Both the position numbers and the translations under genes were made by a program. Below the pieces are notes generated by a model. That model was not told the origin of the DNA, ran no database searches, and was given only the letters and a program-made list of their open reading frames with translations. Of a DNA stretch of 64,000 bases, positions 45,685-54,825 are shown piece by piece. Source of the DNA: Candidatus Nanopelagicales bacterium (GTDB lineage: Bacteria > Actinomycetota > Actinomycetes > S36-B12 > GCA-2699445); the NCBI GenBank assembly GCA_030700225.1, contig JAUYJT010000052.1:3084-67083 (forward strand), in the 5' to 3' direction. Position 1 is the first letter of the stretch. Each line of letters starts with the position of its first letter.

Positions 45685-46985
45685 TGCGCAGCTGTGCCGA
45701 AGGCCTGCCAGAGCCGGAGTTGGGCTACGGTTGCGTAAGTTCACTGGCATGTCCGTTGGGAGCGACCTTGTTGGGCAGCGAGAAGAAGTCCGCGGCTGTG
45801 GACGCGTGCGCTGCCATCGCGGAAGTTTCCACAGTTGTCGAAGAGATCCACAAGATCATGATCGGCAGGACCTACAGGGCGATTGGGCTTGGCGGCGCTC
45901 TCCCCGAGCGGGGACACCGCGCCCGCGTCAGTGGCATCTACAAGGCTCTCCGGGCAGCTGTGAAGGTAGCGGGATTCGTTACCGGAACCACACTTGAAGC
46001 CACCTCGTCGCCCGACTCGAAGCCGCTGGCTGATACCCCCCGAGGTGCCGCGTTCGTGGCCGGACTGACATGCGCTTTTGGCGACTCTCTTCGTGGCGTC
46101 GGCAGTGCTCTGGCCACCGAGATGTCAGTCCGCATCGCGGGCCGGGCGATCGCGGCGGACACAGCCAGCTTGCGTAGGGCCTACCCCGTCGCCCGTCCCC
46201 GGATCGTCGTGTTCCTGCACGGATTCGGCGGCACGGAGTTCAATTGGGGCAGGCAGTTCTCATACGCGGACCACCTTCGGCGCGACCTGGACATCTCACC
46301 TGTGCAGATCCGCTATAACTCCGGAGTGCGCGTGTGCGACAGCGGATTGGACCTTGATCGTCTGCTTGATGTTCTGGTCCGCGAATGGCCAGTTGAAGTC
46401 GAGTCCATCGACATTGTCGCCCACTCGTTCGGCGGGCTAGTCGCGCGAAGCGCCTGCGCGATCGCGGAGCGGCGAGGAGCGTGCGAAGGCCAGTCGCGAT
46501 GGCTGCGACTCCTGGACAACGTGTGCTATCTGGCGGTTCCAAACCACGGCGTGCCAACGGAACGCGTGGCCGCCACCGCCATCTCAACACTTGGCGCGTC
46601 CCGGGTGGGCGCGCCCATCGCCCGCCTCGCGAATCGGCGCAGTGCGGCCATCAAGGATCTGCGTCACGGGTCAATCAGCGAAGCCGACACGGCGCATGGC
46701 GACGCTAACCGACGTGAACTGCTGGACCATCAGCACTTGCCGTTGGCTGACAATGTGCGGCACCACTTCGTATGCGCGACCGCCCTGCCTCCCCACTTCG
46801 GAAAACTGTCGCACGCAGTTGGCGACTACCTCGTGCAGCCAACCAGCGCGCTCGCCAGTCGCGCCTCCGGCGCTCGCGAACCGTTCACTCCTACCAGCGT
46901 GCACCCACTCACAGGGAAGCATCACAACAACCTCCTCCAAGATGACGATGTGTTCCAGATCCTTCGGGACACGTTGGCCAGATGA
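45684..46985 (+). CDS. alpha/beta hydrolase (lipase/PGAP1-like)
   Basis: VVFLHGFGGTE and the nucleophile elbow VAHSFGG. Its start overlaps the upstream TAA stop. Confidence 0.75.
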   Translation: MRSCAEGLPEPELGYGCVSSLACPLGATLLGSEKKSAAVDACAAIAEVSTVVEEIHKIMIGRTYRAIGLGGALPERGHRARVSGIYKALRAAVKVAGFVTGTTLEATSSPDSKPLADTPRGAAFVAGLTCAFGDSLRGVGSALATEMSVRIAGRAIAADTASLRRAYPVARPRIVVFLHGFGGTEFNWGRQFSYADHLRRDLDISPVQIRYNSGVRVCDSGLDLDRLLDVLVREWPVEVESIDIVAHSFGGLVARSACAIAERRGACEGQSRWLRLLDNVCYLAVPNHGVPTERVAATAISTLGASRVGAPIARLANRRSAAIKDLRHGSISEADTAHGDANRRELLDHQHLPLADNVRHHFVCATALPPHFGKLSHAVGDYLVQPTSALASRASGAREPFTPTSVHPLTGKHHNNLLQDDDVFQILRDTLAR

Positions 46986-47008
46986 CGGCCGGGCCAGGGC
47001 GCTAGTCG

Positions 47009-48139
47009 CTACTTGTCGTGGCTCGGGGCGGCGTTCTCGGCAGCGGATTCATCGGCCTCCTCGGCCTCAGCCAGGCGCTTGGCCGCGCTTCGGGTTGCCT
47101 TTCCTACTTGATCGACCGCTATTGAGGCGACCTTGCCAGCGCCCGCGGCGGCGCCCACAGCCGCTTCGGCCGCGGCCCCCGCTGCTGCTCCGGCCGCTGA
47201 CTGTACTGGGCCGACTTCCTCGGTCTCGTTCTCGGAAGGCTCGGGTGGGCGGACGCGCTTGCGCTTCGTCAAGAAGTCGGCTGGCGTTTCGCCGTAGCGG
47301 CCAGATCCCTCCAGATGCAGCGTGCTCAGCCATTCCAGCGCCAGGTCGTACGCTGCGGACGCCATCTCGTCACTATCCCCGAACTCGTCGGGTCGGGATG
47401 TAATGGGCCATGGCCCGGGCAAGTACAGGACCGTCTTGTCCGCCACCTTCTCAAGGTCCCTACGGACCTGCTGAGCCGCCATGATCGCCGCCGTGCGCAT
47501 GAGTAGCCCGACATAGGTGTCATCACGCTCTGGCGCTACAACCGTGAAGCCGCAGTCAAGCACGACCATGGTTTCGGCTCCCTGCGTCGCCGCGGCGGCG
47601 ATCGGAACATTGGCGACGAGTCCTCCGTCGACGAGGTTCCTGCCGTCTCGGGGAACTTGAGGGAAGACCAGCGGAATCGCGGCGCTGGCCAGGAGCGCCG
47701 AGACCAGGTCGCCGTCGTTGATCAAGACCGCATCGCCGGTGTCGAAGTCAGTGGCTATAGCTGTATGCGGCAGCGTCAGGTCAGAGAAGTCGCGGGAGGT
47801 AAGCGATTTCTCAATCAGCGCGCGGAGTCCGTCGTTGCGAGTGGCGGATGGCTGGCCGGAGACCATGCTCACCGCCATGCCGACGGTGTTGCCGAACACG
47901 TCTCCCCTCACGATGGAGGACCAGAGCTCGCTGAGCTTGGCTGGAGCTTCTTTTGGATCTTCAGCTACGAGGGCGCCGTTGAGCGCTCCTACGGAAGTGC
48001 CTACAACCAGATCTGGTTCGATGTCGGTCTCGGCCAGCGCCCTGAGGTGCCCGACTTGGACCGCGCCGTAGGACGCGCCGCCCGCCAGCACGAAGGCCAC
48101 GGGCTTAGGAAGAAACCGGGCCAGTTCGATCGTTGGCAT
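47009..48139 (-). CDS. patatin-like phospholipase
   Basis: Oxyanion region LAGGASYG, nucleophile GTSVGA, and catalytic DGG. ATG 48139 chosen; the ORF opens at 48382. Confidence 0.85.
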   Translation of the reverse strand: MPTIELARFLPKPVAFVLAGGASYGAVQVGHLRALAETDIEPDLVVGTSVGALNGALVAEDPKEAPAKLSELWSSIVRGDVFGNTVGMAVSMVSGQPSATRNDGLRALIEKSLTSRDFSDLTLPHTAIATDFDTGDAVLINDGDLVSALLASAAIPLVFPQVPRDGRNLVDGGLVANVPIAAAATQGAETMVVLDCGFTVVAPERDDTYVGLLMRTAAIMAAQQVRRDLEKVADKTVLYLPGPWPITSRPDEFGDSDEMASAAYDLALEWLSTLHLEGSGRYGETPADFLTKRKRVRPPEPSENETEEVGPVQSAAGAAAGAAAEAAVGAAAGAGKVASIAVDQVGKATRSAAKRLAEAEEADESAAENAAPSHDK

Positions 48140-48177
48140 TGAACTCCATTTCGCCCGCTGTGCGAGTTTGACTGGCG

Positions 48178-49287
48178 TTACCCAAAGCGCAACACGGACA
48201 CAGTGTTGGGGTAGATGCCGCCGAAACCAGTGTTGGTGACGAACAGCTTCCGTCCGCTCTTCCTGAACGCGACGTCCGTCGGCGCGAACCCAGTGGCACG
48301 CGTCTTCGTCTTCCCCGTACGCAGGTTCACGATCGCCACTTTCCCAGTGGTCGAATTCGCGACCGCGAGTCTGGTCTTCCACCGCTTCACCGAGAAAGCC
48401 ATGCCCTGAGGGCCGAGTTCGACGTTCGTGTCTCCGAAACCAACGTCGTACTCCTTACCCTCGGACAGGTCACTGGACCGATACCGCTGAACGGTGTGCC
48501 CGCTGACACCGGTCCAGCCGTCGTTGATGCATTGCTTCGACACGTAGAGCCACTTGGACTTCGGCCCCAGCAGCAGGTCGCCAGCGAACATCCAGAGCGT
48601 CTCCTCGGTGATGTCCACCTGCTTCACGACGCGCCCCGACTCAGCTCGGATCTTCATGAGCTGGGGGTGCGCCGTGTTATCAGGCTGGATGTTCGCGGTC
48701 CACGCGAACAGGAACTTCCCATGCGGGGAGATCGTCTGGGCCGAGAATCCCTCGCTGCCAGGAACGTCGCGTACGCGACGGTTGCGAAGATTCGTCCGCT
48801 GAATCGGCCCTCCGCCGGGCGAGGCATACAAGTACTTCCCGTCGGGCGACAGCACCAGGCTTCCGCCAGAGCTCTTGTACTTGCGCACTTTGCCGGTAGT
48901 TGTGTTGATGGCCCTGACCCCGAAGTCGGAGCTCACCGAGACGAATACGGTCTTGCCGTCGGGGGTCGCGATCACGTTCTCCGCGTCCGGGAAGCCGGTA
49001 TAGCGGGCGACCACCTTGTTCGACCTGATGTCGATCGCGGCTACGGAGTCGGTCCCCAGGACGGCCACATACATCCTGCCTCGCGCCCGAGCGATACCTG
49101 TTGGGCTGCCGCCGACCTTGATTTGCTTGGCCTGAGACACGCGGGCCGCCGGGTCGAAGCCCGGGTCCTGAGTTGGCGCGCTTGGCCGCGCCGTGCCCAA
49201 CCCCGGCGCGAGAATCCCGATGCCGATTACGCCAGCAGCCATCCCCGCAGTTGCCCAGTTCATGCTCGCCCTCTCGATCGTCTTCAC
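48178..49287 (-). CDS. secreted beta-propeller repeat protein (YVTN/YncE-like)
   Basis: Signal peptide followed by about 40-aa repeats of the form ...P.G.....DGK.LYV. Confidence 0.75.
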   Translation of the reverse strand: MKTIERASMNWATAGMAAGVIGIGILAPGLGTARPSAPTQDPGFDPAARVSQAKQIKVGGSPTGIARARGRMYVAVLGTDSVAAIDIRSNKVVARYTGFPDAENVIATPDGKTVFVSVSSDFGVRAINTTTGKVRKYKSSGGSLVLSPDGKYLYASPGGGPIQRTNLRNRRVRDVPGSEGFSAQTISPHGKFLFAWTANIQPDNTAHPQLMKIRAESGRVVKQVDITEETLWMFAGDLLLGPKSKWLYVSKQCINDGWTGVSGHTVQRYRSSDLSEGKEYDVGFGDTNVELGPQGMAFSVKRWKTRLAVANSTTGKVAIVNLRTGKTKTRATGFAPTDVAFRKSGRKLFVTNTGFGGIYPNTVSVLRFG

Positions 49288-49345
49288 CCTGCCACAAGTG
49301 TGGCGTGTCGGTAGGTTTGTCGTCGTGCCATTTCGAGATCGGTCT

Positions 49346-50497
49346 ATGCGACTGGCGCCCGCTTGTGTAAGCGACTACCGGGAGTTCGCGCGCCGAAGGC
49401 TCCCCCGCCAACTCTTCGACTACATCGACGGCGGTTCCTACGCCGAGACAACGATGAAGTCGAACATCGAAGACCTCGCCTCCGTCAAGCTCAGGCAACG
49501 CGTGCTTCGGGATGTCTCGCACATCCAGTTGGGCACGCGAGTCTTGGGCGACGACTTGGCGATCCCAATGGTCCTGGGCCCGGTTGGCTTGGCGGGGATG
49601 TTCGCCAAGCGAGCCGAGGTGCAGGCCGCCCGAGCAGCTGAACGATGCGGGGTGAGCTTCTGCGAGTCGACGGTTTCGATCTGCGGGATCGATGAGGTGC
49701 GAGCGGCCACGACCCGGCCGTTCTGGTTTCAGCTCTACGTGATCCGGGACCGGGGCTATGCCGAACACCTGATGCACCGCGCGCACGATGCCGGATCCCC
49801 CGTCCTGGTGCTCACCGCCGACCTATCCGTGGTCGGGGCTCGCTACAGGGATACGCGCAACGGCCTCACTGATCCGATCTGGCCACCCAAGCATGTCTTC
49901 CGTGGCATCGATCTAGGACGGCACGTTCGTTGGGTCATGAACGTGGGGCTGGGAGGCCACCCGCTCGTGTTCGGCAATCTCGAAGAAATCGTGCCTGGGG
50001 CGCACACACCAAACGCCTTCCGCGACTGGGTGGACAGCCAGTTTGACCCGAGCGTTACCTGGGCCGACTTGGATTGGGTTCGCGATCACTGGCCCGGGAA
50101 GCTGGTCATCAAGGGAATCCTTGACCCAGATGACGCGGTACAGGCAGTCGCCCATGGAGTGGATGGGATCATCGTCTCCAATCACGGCGGGCGCCAGCTC
50201 GATGCGACCCCGTCGACGATCTCCGCGTTGCCGGGCATCGTCGAAGCTGTCGGGGACAAGACCGACGTTCTCGTCGACGGCGGGATCCGCAGCGGACTGG
50301 ACGTTGTCAAGGCGCTCGCGCTCGGCGCGAAGGCGTGCCTCGTCGGCCGACCGTGGGCTTGGGCGGTGGCCGCTCGCGGTGAGGCCGGTGTGGCACACAT
50401 GCTTGACGTCATCAAGGCGGAGATGCAGGTAGCGATGTCGCTGACCGGTGTAACCGACGTCGCTGACCTCGACCGGAGCGTCCTGCTGAACGCCTGA
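49346..50497 (+). CDS. lldD: FMN-dependent L-lactate / alpha-hydroxy acid dehydrogenase
   Basis: Collinear with E. coli LldD as I remember that sequence (DYIDGGSY, FWFQLYV, ARYRD, VSNHGGRQLD, DGGIRSG). ATG 49346 chosen; the ORF opens at 49193. Confidence 0.9.
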   Translation: MRLAPACVSDYREFARRRLPRQLFDYIDGGSYAETTMKSNIEDLASVKLRQRVLRDVSHIQLGTRVLGDDLAIPMVLGPVGLAGMFAKRAEVQAARAAERCGVSFCESTVSICGIDEVRAATTRPFWFQLYVIRDRGYAEHLMHRAHDAGSPVLVLTADLSVVGARYRDTRNGLTDPIWPPKHVFRGIDLGRHVRWVMNVGLGGHPLVFGNLEEIVPGAHTPNAFRDWVDSQFDPSVTWADLDWVRDHWPGKLVIKGILDPDDAVQAVAHGVDGIIVSNHGGRQLDATPSTISALPGIVEAVGDKTDVLVDGGIRSGLDVVKALALGAKACLVGRPWAWAVAARGEAGVAHMLDVIKAEMQVAMSLTGVTDVADLDRSVLLNA

Positions 50498-50511
50498 GTC
50501 TGCGAGGGCCG

Positions 50512-52068
50512 TCAGAACATCGCGGGGACCATAGCCTCGATAAGGTGCGGACCGGGCTTGGCGAAAGCCTTTCGCATCGAGTCGGCCAGCTCCTCGCAAG
50601 TCGCTGCCCGTGTCGCCGGGACGCCGAGTCCTTGCGAAATGGCCACGAAGTCCAACGCGGGGTCTTCCAAGCTCAGCATCCTCTTGGCCCTCTCGCGCGC
50701 GGCGTGCGCGCCGACCCGGCCCAGCTCCATGTTGAGGATCGAGTAGGAGCGGTTGTTGAAGATGATCGTGGTGACGTCCAGGCCCTCGCGCGCCTGAGTC
50801 CACAGTGACTGGATCGTGTACAGGCTGCTGCCATCACCGTCGAGGCAGATCACCGGGCGGTCCGGGCACGCCACCGCCGCTCCCGTGGCGACGGGCAGGC
50901 CTTGGCCGATCGAGCCACCGGTGAGGTTCAGCCAATCGTGACGGGGTGAGCCAGCGGTGTGCATGGGGACCAGGAGTCCCGAGGTGTTCGCCTCGTCGGA
51001 CACGATCGCGTTCTCTGGCAGGAGCGCGCCCAGGACTTGCGCGAACGTCTCCACAGTCAGGTCGCCTGACGGGATCTCGGGTCGCGACAGTTCGGCACAG
51101 GCAACGACCGCGTCGGCGACGCCCAGAGCTTCGGCCAACTTGGTCAGACTGGCGAACGAGTCGTCAGTATCGGCGGCAAGCGTCTGCGGCTCGCACCCGT
51201 TCGGTACCAGATAGGAAGGCTTATCCGGGTAGGCGAAGAACGACACCGGCGCCTTGGCGTCGACGAGGATGAGGTGGCTGAGCCCAGCGAGCTGAACAGA
51301 CGCCATCTCGGCCAGGTAGCCGAGCCGGTCGATCGGTGGTATGCCCGCGCCGCGTTCGAGCCGGGCAGGGAAGGTCTCGGCGAGCAACTTCGCGCCGGTC
51401 GCCTGGGCGATGCGCGCTGCCGCCATAAGCCCCGGTTCGAGCAGCGATGTGCCTCCCAGGAACAGTGCAGTCGGCTCACCGCTTCGCAACGCCGCCACGG
51501 CGCGCTCGATGGTCTGGTCGCTGGCGACCGGCGGCACCGTAGCCGGGCGGGGCGCGGCTGGCACTCCGCCTTCAAGCCAGCTGACATCCGCTGGGAGGAT
51601 CAACGTGGCGACCTGTCCGGGAGGGCCGAGCGACGCGGCCACGGCGTCGGCGGCGTCGGCGGCGACATCGACTGTCCGCCGCGATGTCCGCACCCACGAA
51701 GAGGCGTTGCGGGCGACGGTCTCGATGTCGGATTGAAGCTGAGCGTCGTACTTGCGGTGGTAGGTGGCGTGGTCCCCCACGATGTTCACTACGGGGGTCT
51801 TGCCCTTTCGAGCGTTGTGCAGGTTCGCTAGGCCGTTACCGAGCCCTGGCCCCAGGTGAAGAAGCGTCGCCGCGGGGCGGCCGGTCATCCTTGCGTAGCC
51901 GTCCGCCGCACCTGTGGCCACGCCTTCGAACAGCACCAGGACGCCTCGCATCTCAGGCACGTCATCGAGAGCGACGACGAAGTGCATCTCGGATGTACCC
52001 GGATTCGAGAAGCACACCTCGACGCCGGAATCGACCAGCGTCCGGATCAGAGACTGTGCACCATTCAT
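50512..52068 (-). CDS. thiamine-pyrophosphate enzyme (acetolactate synthase large subunit / IlvX-like)
   Basis: N-terminal PYR domain (FSNPGTSEMH, GAADGYAR) and C-terminal PP domain (GSIGQGLP, GDGS...N). Confidence 0.85.
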   Translation of the reverse strand: MNGAQSLIRTLVDSGVEVCFSNPGTSEMHFVVALDDVPEMRGVLVLFEGVATGAADGYARMTGRPAATLLHLGPGLGNGLANLHNARKGKTPVVNIVGDHATYHRKYDAQLQSDIETVARNASSWVRTSRRTVDVAADAADAVAASLGPPGQVATLILPADVSWLEGGVPAAPRPATVPPVASDQTIERAVAALRSGEPTALFLGGTSLLEPGLMAAARIAQATGAKLLAETFPARLERGAGIPPIDRLGYLAEMASVQLAGLSHLILVDAKAPVSFFAYPDKPSYLVPNGCEPQTLAADTDDSFASLTKLAEALGVADAVVACAELSRPEIPSGDLTVETFAQVLGALLPENAIVSDEANTSGLLVPMHTAGSPRHDWLNLTGGSIGQGLPVATGAAVACPDRPVICLDGDGSSLYTIQSLWTQAREGLDVTTIIFNNRSYSILNMELGRVGAHAARERAKRMLSLEDPALDFVAISQGLGVPATRAATCEELADSMRKAFAKPGPHLIEAMVPAMF

Positions 52069-53459
52069 CGCGCAACCACTTCCTCTTGGTCGAAGATCTT
52101 GCCCGCGTTGAGGATCCCCTTGGGATCGAATGCCGCCTTGACCCGACGCATCAGGGCCACCTTGGCCGGGTCTTCGAGTTCCTCGAAGTACCGCTTCTTC
52201 TCAGTTCCCAAGGCGTGCTCTCCGGAGATCGCGCCCCCGAGGTCCATGGCCGCACCGAACAGTTCCAGCAGGACCTTATGCAGGATCTCAGGGTCCTTGC
52301 AGAACACAGCCAAGTGCACGTTGCCGTCTCCGGCGTGACCACAGCCAGCGATCCACGTCTGGTTGGCAGTAGCGACTTGTTGAGCCTTCGCCAGGAACAC
52401 CGGGATCGCCGCGCGCGGTACGACCGTGTCCACGATCTCATCGGCGCCGGCGGCCTTGGCGACCCAGAACGCCTTCTCCCTGGCCGAGATCAGCTTCGCC
52501 GCAGACTCGGAGGGCAGGACGTACATGTCCATGGCGCCAAGCTCATCCAGCAGGCCGCAGGTGGTCTCGACGACTTGCTCGAGCCTGTCCTCGCCTAAGT
52601 CCTCCAAGCCAACCACCAGGTACGCCGCCGCCTTCTCCTTCACCGCAGGGGGAATGCCGAGATTCAGGTCAGCGCTATGGGCCGTCGCGGCCATAGTGAC
52701 CATGTCGACGTACTCAAGCAGCGCCGGGCCGATCCCGCTGGCCACGATCCTCGGCACCGCCTTGGCGACTTCGCTGACTGTCGTGAACGGCGCCAGCACT
52801 GTAGCCCCGCATCTGGGCCTGGGAACAAGCTTCAGGGTTGCCCGCGTGACGATCGCCAGAGTGCCCTCCGACCCGACGATCAGCTGAGTCAGGTCATATC
52901 CGGTGGAGTTCTTGGCGACGGGTCCGCCTGTCTCGATGACTTCGCCTGTGGCGAGCACGGCTTGCAGGCCGAGGACGTTGTGCCGTGTGACTCCGTACTT
53001 GACCGCACGCATGCCGCCAGCGTTCGTAGCTACGTTGCCGCCGAGGCTCGCCGAGTACTCCCCCGGATAGACCGCGTAGGCAAGGCCCGACGGGGCCAGA
53101 GCTTCGTCGAGCTGGCTGAGCAGTACGCCGGGCTCCACCGTGGCGACGGAGTTGTCGGCGTCGATCTCGATGATCCTGTTCATGCGTTCGAACGAGATCA
53201 GGATTCCGTCGGCTGTCGGCACGCAGGCGCCAGACAGTCCGGTCCCGGCCCCGCGCGCGGTGACAGGCACGCCGTGCTCGTTCGCTATCGACAGCACCGA
53301 CCGGACGTCTCCGACCGACTCGACGCGGACAAGGGCCGCTGGTGTCACCCAGGACGCCGTGAGTGACTCATCGTGGGTGTAGTCCTCGCCGATGTCCGAT
53401 CCGACACTGACCTTCCCGGCGCCAAGCGCATCAGTGAGCAGCTCCGTCAGCTCGGCCAC
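52065..53459 (-). CDS. FAD-linked oxidase (GlcD / D-lactate dehydrogenase family)
   Basis: FAD_binding_4 motifs (VTARGAGTGLSG, GGNVATNAGG) and the C-terminal GDGNVH. GTG start with a GGAGG Shine-Dalgarno sequence. 4-bp overlap with the TPP enzyme gene. Confidence 0.9.
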   Translation of the reverse strand: MAELTELLTDALGAGKVSVGSDIGEDYTHDESLTASWVTPAALVRVESVGDVRSVLSIANEHGVPVTARGAGTGLSGACVPTADGILISFERMNRIIEIDADNSVATVEPGVLLSQLDEALAPSGLAYAVYPGEYSASLGGNVATNAGGMRAVKYGVTRHNVLGLQAVLATGEVIETGGPVAKNSTGYDLTQLIVGSEGTLAIVTRATLKLVPRPRCGATVLAPFTTVSEVAKAVPRIVASGIGPALLEYVDMVTMAATAHSADLNLGIPPAVKEKAAAYLVVGLEDLGEDRLEQVVETTCGLLDELGAMDMYVLPSESAAKLISAREKAFWVAKAAGADEIVDTVVPRAAIPVFLAKAQQVATANQTWIAGCGHAGDGNVHLAVFCKDPEILHKVLLELFGAAMDLGGAISGEHALGTEKKRYFEELEDPAKVALMRRVKAAFDPKGILNAGKIFDQEEVVAR

Positions 53460-53521
53460 CTGATACCTCCACGCGGAGTTCGATTCCGATCGCGATGGGC
53501 CACCGGAAAGCGTTCAGGAGT

Positions 53522-54532
53522 CTACGCGGATCGGGCTGTCCAACGCCCATCAATGCGAGGGGCTTGACCCGTCGGCGCGACCGGGCGATAGCGGTCCAAC
53601 GCGCGCTCGGTGCGCAGCAGTGCGCGCAGGCCGAAGCGGGCTAGACCGCCGAGTAGGGCTATCGCTCCCAGCGGCGGTCTCGCCCCGGGCTCCCAGTCGG
53701 CTAGCTTCGGCAGCATGCCGGAGTCGGCGCAGCCTTCCAGGGAGAACACATACAGCCGCTCGGTCCCGAAGGAGGCCGCCCAGTCGAGTTGTTGCTGGAC
53801 CTGTCCCCAGTCGAGCACCCGGGGTCCGTCCTGGTCGGCGAAGACGCCGCCTCCGGTGACGCCGATGGCCGCAGCCCGGTTGCCCCGGAGGAACGCCAGC
53901 GCGAGCGCCCTGCCCAGGTACGTCGAGTACGCCATCGGCACGCGGTCGTCCGCTGGGGCGTCGACAATCCCGAGGACCCTGCGAAGCAGGGTGGAGCCAG
54001 CCCTCACCTCGTCCAAGATCAGCGGGATGCAGTACGTCTCGACGCTCCGGCCGGTTCGGCGGATCGCCTCACAAAGTTGGGCGTACGCGGATTCGGCGGC
54101 GTCGATCGTCGCGCGGCTCCTGCGCCGCCGGATCAGGCGGACGAGTGCTGGCAGGCCGTCGTGGATCAGCTCGTCCAGGTCCTTCCGTGGAGGCTCGATG
54201 TCCAGCCCGACTCTTGCTAGGCGAAGGTCATTCTCGTGGGCGAAGGCGTCCAGCTCGCGGAAGCGGCCCAACGCTTTCTCCGCGTTGTCGGCGTTGAGCC
54301 AGTAGCCGTCAGCCGGGTCGAGCAACAGCCAGGCCGTGACCTCAATGCCACGAGCCTCGAGCGCCCGAATGGCCTGCGCCCGCTCGGCGCTCAGATCCAG
54401 CATCGCCATCGAGATGCCGAACCGCCCCGTGCGCAGAGCAGCATCGACTTCTCCCCGCGCCAGAAGCTCGACGAGTTCCGGAGCCTCGAGTTCGGTGAAC
54501 AGCGTGATCGGGACCCGCGAGCTGCGCTCCAT
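53522..54532 (-). CDS. hypothetical protein (336 aa)
   Basis: Long ORF with coding-like codon bias, on the same strand as and tightly spaced with its neighbours. No domain recognised. Confidence 0.65.
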   Translation of the reverse strand: MERSSRVPITLFTELEAPELVELLARGEVDAALRTGRFGISMAMLDLSAERAQAIRALEARGIEVTAWLLLDPADGYWLNADNAEKALGRFRELDAFAHENDLRLARVGLDIEPPRKDLDELIHDGLPALVRLIRRRRSRATIDAAESAYAQLCEAIRRTGRSVETYCIPLILDEVRAGSTLLRRVLGIVDAPADDRVPMAYSTYLGRALALAFLRGNRAAAIGVTGGGVFADQDGPRVLDWGQVQQQLDWAASFGTERLYVFSLEGCADSGMLPKLADWEPGARPPLGAIALLGGLARFGLRALLRTERALDRYRPVAPTGQAPRIDGRWTARSA

Positions 54533-54569
54533 GGGGGCAGCCTATGAGGCGAAGGTTGCCCGTGTCCTA

Positions 54570-54824
54570 TCACCCGAGCCGCGAGGGGACCCTCCCCAGC
54601 CGGCGGCGTGGACCCGGTGCCGCCCGACCGATTGCCAGCATCAGGCGACACACCTGAGTGATGACCAGCGCCAGAGCGATACCTGTCAGGGCTAGGGCGA
54701 TTCCAGCCAGCGGTCCCGGCTCGGCGGTGACAACCCTTGAGAGCAAACCCACCAGCAGGATCGCGACGACGGTCAGCAGCCAGAACCACCGCTGAGCCCG
54801 CCGCAACGCAACCGTCGGATCCAT
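54570..54824 (-). CDS. small two-TM membrane protein
   Basis: 84 aa with two hydrophobic helices. The start lies 1 nt after the cytochrome b stop. Confidence 0.5.
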   Translation of the reverse strand: MDPTVALRRAQRWFWLLTVVAILLVGLLSRVVTAEPGPLAGIALALTGIALALVITQVCRLMLAIGRAAPGPRRRLGRVPSRLG

Positions 54825-54825
54825 G

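Noticed and set aside
53473-53492. GAGTTCGATTCC, resembling a tRNA T-loop
   Set aside because: The flanking bases cannot form a T-stem (CGGAG vs CCGAT). No acceptor or anticodon arms are present in the 62-bp gap.
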